A DNA stretch of 64,000 nucleotides. It comes from Antedon mediterranea. Its lineage: Eukaryota; Animalia; Echinodermata. Both the position numbers and the translations under genes were made by a program. A model generated the notes under the pieces. It had not been told where the DNA came from and made no database searches. It worked only from the letters and a program-made list of their open reading frames with translations. The stretch lies in contig NC_092677.1 in the NCBI RefSeq assembly GCF_964355755.1, forward strand, positions 26,771,175-26,835,174, in the 5' to 3' direction. How positions within the stretch are numbered: the stretch's first letter is position 1; every line of letters starts with the position of its first letter. Of this stretch, positions 1 through 11,187 are shown one piece after another.

Positions 1-298
1 TTCATAAAAACTGTATTACATTTAATTAAGTTACTCTTTTGTATATTTTGATTAAGACAGGACCACAATGTAAAACAGATACACTGTTATCTGATTGTTT
101 TATCCTGTATAAATATATTATTTATTATTATTATTATTATTATTATCACTCTCTTATACTTTGTTCTTGTTTCTTTATAATATATCGTGTTGAATATTAT
201 AACGTATTATTGAATAAACAACTGTGATATTCAATCAACCAAACGAGTAGAGTCTTTAATACAGTAAAACCTCCACACATTATTATATTACACTGTAG

Positions 299-381
299 TG
301 GGCTACGTAATCTTCCATGGAAGGAAGGCGAATAATCCTGGATATTGGTTTTTTAATGATTTAACAAACAGCCATTTAGAA
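299..381 (+). pseudogene. Relic copy of the penultimate multicopper-oxidase exon
   Basis: Translates GYVIFHGRKANNPGYWFFNDLTNSHLE followed by GTAAGT, matching the exon at 5050-5192 (GYVIIRWKADNPGYWFFHSLPNSHLE/gtaagt) with the same donor position. It has compensating indels and no flanking exons were found. Confidence 0.7.
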
Positions 382-1511
382 GTAAGTATCATTTTGCCTA
401 TTGTGTGATTCATTTCGTATTCTATAGCAGTAATCTTTATGTTTTATAAAAGACCTCGCCTGGCCTTATGGATGTGTTTTAAATGCACTGTATTCAAAGT
501 GTAAGCAGGGTAAAGCTTGGTTCCTATTCGGACGCAACGCAAGGACGTCGAAGTCCACCGTATAATTTGACTAATCAAGTCAGAACCAAGATTTAATGAA
601 AAGTGTTTCTGTTATTAATTTCATATTATATTGTCTTGTATTGTATGGTCTTTTAATAAGTTTCCACTTTATTTTAGCTTTATTATTCGTCGTGTTTCGT
701 AAAGTCCCTAATAATTATGCTGTTAACAATTTACTACAATTCTTTAAAAGGAACCGATAATACAGTAGTTTGTCATTAGAAATAATTTGTTGTACCCCAC
801 CCGCAACTAGCTAGACAATATAATGAATTGCCGTAGACCTAATTATAAATGCTATTGCTCTGCTGGTATTGCAATCGCTATCAGTAGTTTGTCAATTTAT
901 GTTAATTTATTATTATTTGTTATTATTTTAGCATAAATAAATGGTAGTGATCTGCTTGTATTATAACTAAATTATATATATATAGGCCTATAATTATAAA
1001 TTATTGGTTATTAACTGGTTATGTTCTCGGCAAGTGTAGGTCTACTTCAATTAGAGAACGGTTTAAAATGGATGTTATAATACTCCTCCTGAAAGTACTA
1101 TACTTTTCATTAAATTACAGTAAGAAAGTTTAATTTTTTAAAATTAAAATTAAGTTAAAGAATTTAGTTTTACTAAAGATGACTTTCTCTCTATATATAT
1201 AATAGAGTTTCCACAAGTTATTGTCTTGTTTATGTTATTCAAAGAGTCGGCGTTTCGATTTTTGTCTTTTTAAGTATTACATTATGAAATGTCATGGGCA
1301 AAAATATTTCAATTAATAATTATCTTTTTTATTTATTTATTTATAAACATATTTGTCCTGGATAACATTGTCATAATATTTAGACATGAAAAGTTGTACG
1401 ATAATACTTTATAAATACTGTATAACAAAACATTTCAAAAATATACATTTTTTAAAATTTATTTTTATTATAGAATGACTAATATTATACGATAAAAATG
1501 TGCTTATTTAA

Positions 1512-1838
1512 AGATGTAATGTCCTCAAAAAACATGAAAAAATCAAAATTAATTTTAAAAAAAAGACTTGAATTGGTCATTCCGCAGTTTCAATAAGTTA
1601 ATTAAAAAAAACCATAACATATAATGTTTTTACTTATAAAAAGACAAAATGGACGGTTAAATTCAACCAAAAACCCATTGACTATTTTTGGCTTTAGTTA
1701 CAGTTTTGTTAGGTCAATAATTTTTTTATCCAATTTTTGGTCAACATAAACTATTATGTGACATAAAAATGGCATATTCAACAAAAACATTTAAATTAAT
1801 ATTATTATCATTATTTTTTTCACGGGGACAATATATCT
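1512..1838. mobile_element. TTAA-flanked MITE (Kolobok/piggyBac-type ends), family D
   Basis: TTAA|AGATGTAATGTCC...GGACAATATATCT|TTAA; related copies at 15766-16004 and 33388-33906, partial copies near 30120-30265 and 48280-48495. Confidence 0.75.
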
Positions 1839-2084
1839 TTAAATAATTTCAAAATAAAGAAATAGACATCACAATTACCATAAGTATTGTTATCTTGCCT
1901 TTTTTTTAAAGATATGTATTCTAGCATAAATTTATTAGGTCAAAACACAGCCTAAGCTTGCACCGATTATTATAATAAGTTCTAAATGACAACGTTACTT
2001 CGATTTTATCGATAAACTTGGACAAAACCTCAATATAAATATTTCACTAATTGTTAAAACTCATCGATCGACTACTTTATATAG

Positions 2085-5000
2085 GTTTAATCCAAAGTTT
2101 GGGATGTCAAGAAAAGAAAGGATTTGTGGCTACTGAAACTCACGAATGTGCTCGTACGTGTGAATATCCAACAAGGCCAAAAGTGTGTGAATATGTATTA
2201 GATGTCCGCTGGTTTTACTCTATGTCTGTTTACTGCTTTGATTGTCCTATTCTCAGTGATGACTGTTCCTTAGATAGATGTCTGACACTTGACGGTGTCT
2301 CTAGACCTTCCGTCACTACTAATTACACTATACCCGGACCAACCATTGAGGTAAAAACAGTTTTCTTTATATTTTATACGAGGTCAGTGTGTTCACATCA
2401 AACGCCGCATTGATCACAGGAGCTTTGCTTTTGGTATGAAAGGGGTATTATAGTCTTAAGCTTGGTTCCCACTAGGACGCAACGCAAGGACGTAAACGCA
2501 ACGCAAGCGTGTTGACCAATGACAAGCGACAGTTCAAATAATTCATCGCTTGTGATTGGTCAACTCACTTACGCTGCGTCTACGTCCTGGCGTTGCGTCC
2601 TAGTGGGAACCAAGCTAGCGGCGCTGAAGTACGTGATAGTAGACGTTTCAGAACGCACGTGCGTCAAAGTTGTGACAATGTATGGCTTTTTGTAGAGTAT
2701 CGGTCACTAACAGTATGCATTATACCTTAACATAGCGACCTATATTGATTTTTTCAGGTGTGTGAAGGTGATACTGTTCAAGTAAAGTTACTTAACAATC
2801 TACAAGATAGAGGAGCAATGACGATACATTGGTATGGAATGCACCAAGAAGGAACCAACTGGATGGATGGTGTATCCATGATTACGCAATGTCCAGTCGC
2901 ATCTTCATCTTCGTTTGTTTATGAATTCACAGCAAGTCCAGCAGGAACTCACTGGTATCACGGACACTCTGGTTACATGAGAAATGATGGTATGTATGGA
3001 GCGCTGATTGTAAAACAGGCGATGCAATACGAATACAATAGTCATTTATATGACTTTGATCTTCCGGAACATGTGATGATGATAGCTGACTGGAAGGAAA
3101 GACCAACTCTGAGTACATACTTGATGGCAGATAGTCCGACGAAATACGTAGATTCTGAATCCCAGAAGTTTTCAATACTCATAAATGGGAGAGCACAAGA
3201 AGACGCCTTCTACGATGATCATGGTGACGTTTATTATACACCTCTGTCAACATTTGAAGTCAAAGAAGGAATGACGTATCGTTTCCGAATGATCAATGCT
3301 GCCTTTGCTCTGTGTAACCTTGTAGTATCAATTCAATCACATCCGTTGACGGTAGTCGCAGTAGACGGATCTGAAGTAGTACCTACAGAAGTCGATTCAA
3401 TTCTTATAGCTCCAGGCGAAAGGTATAAGTTGTAATCTATAAACTCTAGTTAACGTTTATTTCAATAAATAATGAGGAAGGCAGCAAGAAATTTATCATT
3501 ATTCATATCTCATTTCTTGAGTCCACAATATATAGGCTTAAACTGTTTTAACTGTGATGCATATGTATAGGTTGTTTTTTAAATTGTTTTTTTCGATTTA
3601 CTTTAGATACGATTTCTTGTTGAAGGCTACTGCTAAGCCAGCATCGTACTGTATATACTACGCTGGAAGCGAAGATACTATATGTGTTGATGATGGAGTT
3701 GCCATTTTGAAGTACACTGCTGGTTCCAATGTAGAGCCTTCTTGCTATCCTGTTATCAAAACCCCAGATACTCTTACAGATACACCACGTTTCTCAGTAC
3801 TTGATGCACTGCCTTTGGGTAAGCACGAATTGATTTAATCTGATACCCTGTAACTATCTAAGATCACCTCTTAACAAACATCAACCAACTTTGTTGTGAT
3901 GATGTAATTCTATGATTTTTCCACTATCTGATGACGTAGGTTTACAATCTTGTTCTGAGGATGTAAATATTCATTCCATGTCCACACTTTCTGATACGTA
4001 ATAATTATACTTTTCACATGGAGATGCTGATGACGACCACTCTTTCAATCAATTTCAGAACGTAATTTCGATGAAGCCTTGTACAATGTAGATGCCACAC
4101 ACTATATTGCATTGAATTATTATATTGAGAAAATCTACGCTCCTGATGGACGAGATAATGGTATTGGCAATGATCTCAGTAATTTTAGAATTGACAATAT
4201 TGCCTTTTCGTATCCAAGTTCTCCAATTGTGTTCAGTCGAGAATCCGCTGAAACCTGCGAACCATTTCACGCCGCTATGTTTAAAGCTTGTAACGAAACG
4301 TTGTGCAGATGTACAAGTATTATAAAAATACCACTTGGAAAGGTAAGAACATTTCATCAACATTCATCAGAAGTAAAAAGTAGTTAGTGTGCCTATTAAT
4401 ACGATCACTGTCGAAGTATGTATAGACATATAGTAAGATTGTATTTCTGTTATACATCGAGTATCTCGCCTACATGAATCTTACATTATATACATATCTG
4501 GTTTAAGCTTGATTTCCCTTAGGACACAAGGATGTAAGCGCAACGCAAGTGACCAATCATAACCTACAGATCGGATGCCCCATCGAGTTGTGATTGGTCA
4601 CTTGAGTTGCGTCAAAGTTGGAACCAATCTAGTAAGGGTTGTAGACTATTGTATTTTCAATTTTTAGGTCATTGAATTTGTTCTTATCAATCAAAATGAC
4701 GCCTCATACTCGTTCCATATGCACGGTACCTCATTCAGAGTTCTAGGCTCCGAGACACTAGGAGATATTCAACACGTTGCAAAACCTAGCATCGAAAAAC
4801 AAGACTCAGAAGGTAATTGTAAAGCTGGGTTCACACTAGAAGGCATAAAGACACACGCGCAGCGCAAGTCACAATCGAGAGTTTGAATGATGTGACTGAT
4901 CAAGTTATTTGCGTTGCGCATACGTCATTGTCTTGTGTTCTAATAATAGGAATCAAATAATTATAACAAAGAGTGAAATAATGCAAATTAAATTGATTAC

Positions 5001-5778
5001 AACAATCTTCTTACAAAACTAATGAGAAACATATTTTGTTTCGTTTCAGGATTATTGCCAAGACTATCGCCAGATAGGGCTCTAATTAAAGACACCATTA
5101 ATGTTCCTGAACTGGGTTATGTCATTATAAGATGGAAGGCGGACAATCCAGGCTACTGGTTTTTCCACTCTTTGCCAAATAGTCATTTAGAAGTAAGTAT
5201 TCTATGGCCTTTTTTTAAACAAAGAAAAACAAGGCTATATAGATGGTTGCAGTCGCGTGCTTAAGTTAGTGTTTACCGACCGACCGACCAACCGACCGAC
5301 ATACTGAGCTGTAAAGTTGCATTGCACGCGACTAAAAACTAAAACGAAAACTAATGCGGTTGACTTTGAACTATAATTTTTGTTTGGTACGTAGAAAGGA
5401 TCAACATTTACAACTGGGGTCTTAAAAAAGACGAGATCCTGATCCATAATAAGCTGGCATTTATTTCTGTATCTCATTCCACAATCCAATCTGCATCAAC
5501 GTTGGTGCAAAATCGATATTTTAGGATAGTTTAGGTTGTTTTTGTGGAAGATGCTATTGTAAATTTCCTGGTGATATTGTTTCTCTTTTTGCTTTGTATT
5601 TTTTTTATATGGATGTACTAACTGAAATAAAGGAAATGAATGAATGAATTTCAGGTTTTTACCTAATATTATAATTTGGTTTCAGACAGGCCAAGCTACG
5701 ATTCTACAAGTTGGTGAAACTTACGAAATTGCTCAACCGCCTAGCAACATGCCTTCATGTGGTGCATATCAACCATAA
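2085..5778 (+). CDS. Laccase-like multicopper oxidase-related protein with degenerate Cu sites (5' exon not located)
   Basis: Exons 2085-2350, 2758-3422, 3607-3818, 4059-4342, 4668-4812, 5050-5192, 5686-5778, all GT-AG and phase-consistent. Cys-rich animal-laccase N-terminus, PGPTIEVCEGD, TIHWYG, MDGVSMITQCP, GTHWYHGH, YRFRMIN, PGERYDF, FHMHG, KDTINVP, DNPGYWFFH; stop TAA at 5776-5778. Confidence 0.9.
2459..2616. mobile_element. Palindromic MITE family C (AGCTTGGTTCCCACTAG TIRs)
   Basis: Near-complete foldback in a laccase intron; other copies or fragments near 513, 4505-4630, 4822-4955, 12977-13120, 15356-15530 and 15533-15667. Confidence 0.8.
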
Positions 5779-5960
5779 GAAATAAATGGTTTGCAATAAA
5801 ATACTCTAAAGTTTACTTTATGAGACTTGACTACACGACTATATGGGGTTAGGGTTAGGGGTTAGGGTGCATGTCAACCATAAGAAATAAATGGTTTGCA
5901 ATAAAATATTAGACTCTAAAGTTTACTTTATGAGACTTGACTACACGACTATATGGGGTT
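5761..5960 (+). repeat. About 90-bp direct duplication separated by telomere-type TTAGGG repeats
   Basis: 5761-5850 and 5866-5960 are nearly identical; the junction 5849-5867 reads TTAGGG TTAGGG G TTAGGG. Confidence 0.85.
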
Positions 5961-7056
5961 CAGAGGGAGCACTGAGGAAAGACAAGAGCTGTCAAAGACA
6001 ACTATCGCCAAAGGGAGCATTTATTTTAGTATGCAGTGAAAAGGGACATTTAAATTGACTACATATCCAGACTTCTATAACTCTGCCAATTGAATAAGTA
6101 TGGAGTTAAGTTCAGTTAAGCTCTGTCTACTTGCCAATAAAAGTGTGATGTGTCCAAATAGGGTAGTGATACACCAAAATATAGGAATGATATGACATCA
6201 TCATGTCCATATATGGGAAAATCACATAAAGTTTGATGATGTACACAGAGCTAATTAGGCTTACCTAGGCCAGCTGAAATGAGCTGGTTGTTCTCAGGAT
6301 TTGACATTGGCCGCCCAAGTACGCTATTATCAAACTGATGTATTTGTAAAAAAAATTTATTATAATGACATAAATGCCTTTGTGATCATAAACATTTTGT
6401 TCATTGTCATGTCATTTCATGGTCAGGTCATCGCCAAAGGGCGTGTCTTTCCATAACTAACAATAACAAATATGTATTCGTCATGATCGACCTCATTAAA
6501 AAGTTGAGTTGTAGCATTAGATTAAACAATGAATCCCATACTATGTAAGAATTTCATTCATTGACAATATTGTAATCTTCATTCTGTTTTAATTATTTTG
6601 AATTTAAATAAAGTTGAAATGAATTACAAAATATTGAGATACTGTATGATACAAAACACAATGTGTACAGAGTATAGGTTTTTTTTTTCTCTTTTGTGGC
6701 GCAAACACCACTTTTATTCACATTCATATTATCTCATATTACATAAAATCGTATTATTTAACTTGTAAATGTCGTTACAGTTCATAAGTAACATTTTTAC
6801 ATTAATTTTCTTATATTTTGCTATACACTTGACAGGATCATCATTATCATTTTATAATAGTTCACACATTTTCATTTGTTTGTTTTCATTTTACAACCCG
6901 GATTATACAATATATTTATATACATGATAAAAAGAAAATTAAAAAAAAACAATAATAGCTCAGTACCACCAGTAACCCGTGTACAGAGTATAGGTATTGA
7001 AAATCGTGCATCCATTATGTTCGGTGCACATACGTCATTGCGTATGCACTATTACG

Positions 7057-10000
7057 TCATTGTCTTCCAAAATCACGAGGTTTAAAGATCAACAAGACTG
7101 CCGCCATTGACTGTACAACAGCTACAACAATAAACGGCTGGCGATAACTGTCGTAGTACGAATGTAGCATGCCTACAAAATAACAAAACATTTGAATAAT
7201 AAAGACGCTCTCAAGAAAAATTGATTTTAAAATAGAGAAAAAAATATTTCTACTTAAAGTTACAACGCTTTCACAGACGACGCTTGTCTGTATATAATAA
7301 ACTCTGTTAAAAGAAATCACTGTGCTTACATCGATGTTACATCGACCGCGACACAAAAACGCTTTTCACGTTTGTACCAAGGTAACAATTTCTTACAACA
7401 TGCTACATTTTTTAGGAATCGAGTATTATTTATATATACGTTTTTATATAAATCAAAAAGAATCTTCTTACCCATTGAAGTTCCTCCTAAAAGAGCGCCC
7501 ACACCTCTTGCTAGGTTCAACCATCCAAACGCAACGTGAATTTTCTCAATTCCAACAAAATCCCGAACTAAAACGGGCGCCAGTGGCATCTTGATACCAG
7601 TGGCAACACCGTATATTACAGAAAATGTAACAATGCTATACATATTCTGAAACAATGGGTCCATTATTAGAGCCAATGCGGCGAGTACGTTGGCAAACAG
7701 CCAAGTATTATATGTTGAGAGTAATTTCCAATGGAGGATACCAATTTGTGACAGTCTGCCAACAACCGAGCCAATACCAGCAAAGGTAAGAATCAAGGCC
7801 GATATCTCATCTGGAATGTCTAATTCTTCAGCTTGTGGAATTACAAAAATCAGCCATGAGTCATAAGAAAATCCATTCAAAAATATAATTACCATTATAA
7901 GATCAAACATTAAGTTATCTCGAAATAACTCCAGGCCGCAATACGAGGCAGTATCTTTTAACTTTTTCCAAATGCGGTTTTCTTGGTGGTTTCCATTTGG
8001 TTCAATATCTGTATTTGCGCAATGGTCTGTTTCCAGTAGTTCATACTCATTACTGTTATACTGGTTTACTTCAAGATCTCTTAGAAGGAAAACGGGTTTC
8101 ATCAAGGTTCCCCCGACGACTAGATTGAGAACCATTCCACACCACAGCAGTATGGTTCGTCTCCATCCATACGCCTCCATCAAACTCTGAAAAAAAAACA
8201 GCGGGAGTTTATTAGTCTGTTTTACGGTTCATTGATATAACAATTCTATGTTTGATATTTGTATTTTTAACAAAAAAACAATTTTTGTAAAAGAGAATTT
8301 TTTTTAACAACTTCCTGCAAATTCTACATTTTAGTGACAGAAAGTTGCCGATTACAATTAGTGAGCTTTCGATTTCAGACGACCTTTGAACTCTAACCAC
8401 GCCAATGTGCATGCGCATGCATGCGCAGACATCAGGACGCTTTTTTCCAGTAAATCTTTTAGAAGGTTTTGGCGGATTCTAGATCCAGACGCTAATAAAA
8501 ATCGAAAGCTCATATATTTTGATGTTTTGTCAACCCAAAATAATTTATACAATTCTCAACCAAGGTAAAGTATTGAAAGGGAAATTTTTTAAATATATTT
8601 TTAAAACTTATTAATAAAATTATTAAGTTCTATCAAAGTAATTTAATTTTCAAATTAAACTGTATTATGTTCTTACCTCACCCATGATTGGACAGATTAG
8701 AAAACTGATGGGTCCACCAAGAAAAATCAATCCATTTGCAATGATAAACTTTTTTTCAAAATACCGACTGACAATAACGACACTTGCGGTGTAGGCAAGT
8801 CCCAGTCCTACGCCTGAAAAAAAAATAACAATAAAATAGTGGATTTACAGGATTTCCTACACACAAAGCATTGCTTACATAAGCCATGGATGAATTATTT
8901 TTTCTAAATTAAACTACTAAACGTATTAAGCTCTATACATTCGAGAGGTTTCGCAATCTTACGAATACGATAACGAAAACGGATACGTCACGCACACGTA
9001 TTCGTTTTCGTAAGCCATAAAAAAATCTGTTTCGCATGGCAACGAAATATTGAGGCGCGTCCAAAATATGACTGCGGTAAATTTGAGCGAAGCGCAGGTA
9101 CGTGTTGCTTGGTGCTTGGCTGCCTAGGCCTAGCGTAACATCAAAGCGAGTGAGGACTTTAAAAACTGCTATTTATCAAAATTTACTTGGCATTTTAGTA
9201 ATTACTTTAGTAAATTACTTTCAATAAATCTATAATTATATTATAATCATGAATCATTCCTGATTCAAATGCAAAATGTGCAAAATAGATCAAAAACTAT
9301 ACTCGTTTTGTAGTTACGAATATGACTGGTGATATTCGTCAACACGAATACCCTTTACGAATATGAAATGGGGATCAGCTCAAAAGTTTCACAAATGTAT
9401 GACGTATCCGTTTTCGTTATCGTATTCGTAAGGTTGCGAAACCTCCCTAATCAAACTAGTTTAACAAAAAAAAGTGTAATGTGGCCAAATATGGTAGGGA
9501 TATTCCCAAATATGGTAGTTATATGACATCATCATGTCCATATATGGGCACATCATCAAGTTTGATGTAGAGAGTAGAGAGGTCACTTTAAAACCATGCT
9601 AGTAAAACGGTGGAGTTAAATAGTTTACATCTAAAAAGGCTTAACAACGTAAGAACAACCGGTACATACAGATTATAGTATTAAAAAGAAAATATTTTAT
9701 TTCTAAAAAAAACTCGAATGTTTGTGTGAGTTAAAATAAATGAAAGTTTTTGCTCGACGGGTCTGTTTTTTGGTCGATTCTATAAAGAAAACACATTCAG
9801 ATTCAGCATAAGAGTTTACGGTGGTCATCTGGTGTAGATGGGTGTGTCATGAATGCATACGTACCTGGCAGAAGGCCTAGACCTATACCAAGCCATAGTT
9901 CATTCGTCGTGGAAAAAGCAATTCCCAGTCCCAGGCAAGCGAGTATTCCTCCAAGCATACAGGTCAACCGACTACCAACCTTTTTACATAATATACCCGA

Positions 10001-10438
10001 AATTGGACCTAAAATGGAAGAAAAGATCAGAATAATTATAAATAAAAGATGATAATAATCACAATCATTAATAATCATTAATGTTACTAATGTAGGCCTA
10101 CAAAATGTACGTTACTCTAAAACATAAGATTCACTGTTCGAACACAATATTACAATCTTGTACTATCCCTTCCTTGTTTAGCCTAATGAAGTTAGCAAAT
10201 AAGAACAGAACTTACCTGTTGTCAGAAGTAGTGTAATAGGTAGTGATACAATGAGTCCAATTGGTCCAGTAGTGCTTTCAAAGTCGTCGACGATCGGCTC
10301 GATGAATAAGCCTAAATTCCTAGGGAACCCAAATGCTATAAACATGCAAACAAATGATCCTATAACCACGACCCATCCCCAGTCACCGTCCGGTGGGGCC
10401 GTGTACGTAGGACGTCGACGACTTGTACCTCCTGCCAT
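7057..10438 (-). CDS. Monocarboxylate transporter family (SLC16/MCT) MFS protein, about 444 aa
   Basis: Exons 10438-10216, 10008-9865, 8813-8677, 8186-7472, 7172-7057, phases consistent. PPDGDWGWVVV signature, GP..G.L...GSR, YFEKK...ANG, YGWR and multiple hydrophobic TM segments. Confidence 0.9.
8943..9447. mobile_element. About 500-bp TIR element (Harbinger/Tourist-like) nested in a family-A MITE
   Basis: About 47-bp TIR GAGGTTTCGCAA(T/C)CTTACGAATACGATAACGAAAACGGATACGTCA at both ends; it splits a family-A copy (GCTCTATACAT...ATCAAACTAGTTT). Confidence 0.8.
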
Positions 10439-11154
10439 TTCATCAACGAGTTACTAACTTTCCATTAGTCACAAATCCTAACTTTTCACTTATAACCAAA
10501 GTTAAATCTCCGATTATGGCGCTACGGATGATTGCGCACAAAGTATAGTATAAATCTACTCGTGCTAAAATACAGTGTTGCTTTGCCAAACAAAAGAATA
10601 ACAACAAAAAAGGTATTAGCTTAGAGAGAAGAAAGTCAAATATTACAAAGTCAATTTAGCAGAGAAACTATGTAGGGTTCAATTCTAGAATCCTAATTCA
10701 CTTTGGATGATAATCCTGTGTCTCGACTCAAACGTCATTCATTATTGTGTATGTATGTGATAAATCCAACTAGCATTAATCCAATAATTCAATTCAAAAA
10801 CTACTCGACATGTGAAGGTTAACAGTAAAGTAGATACAAAATAAAGTTTATTACTATTATTATTATTGTTATTATTATTATTATTATTACTGGAATTTAA
10901 AGCGGAGATAACGAGGTTAATAAATAAAGTAAATTAAAATTCATCCACCGAAACGTCGTAATTTTTCAGGCAAAATCGACAGACCACCTATCGTTTGTAT
11001 AATAAAACAATGCATTACCGTATATTGTTTCTCTTTTTTTTATTGACTCCCAATTTATTCATTCATTTATTCAATACTATGAGGTCACTGGCCCAAGTAC
11101 AGAGATCAGATACAGATATATATCCAATATTTAGTTGTGGACCATACATAAAAG

Positions 11155-11187
<33 letters not shown>

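Noticed and set aside
1914-1938. Candidate first laccase exon MYSSINLLG
   Set aside because: The phase fits but the donor GTCAAA is weak and the peptide is a poor signal sequence; the start is left unassigned.
3940-3997. Possible extra laccase exon GLQSCSEDVNIHSMSTLSD
   Set aside because: Its donor would be phase 2, while the next exon needs phase 1; direct splicing 3818 to 4059 is already in frame.
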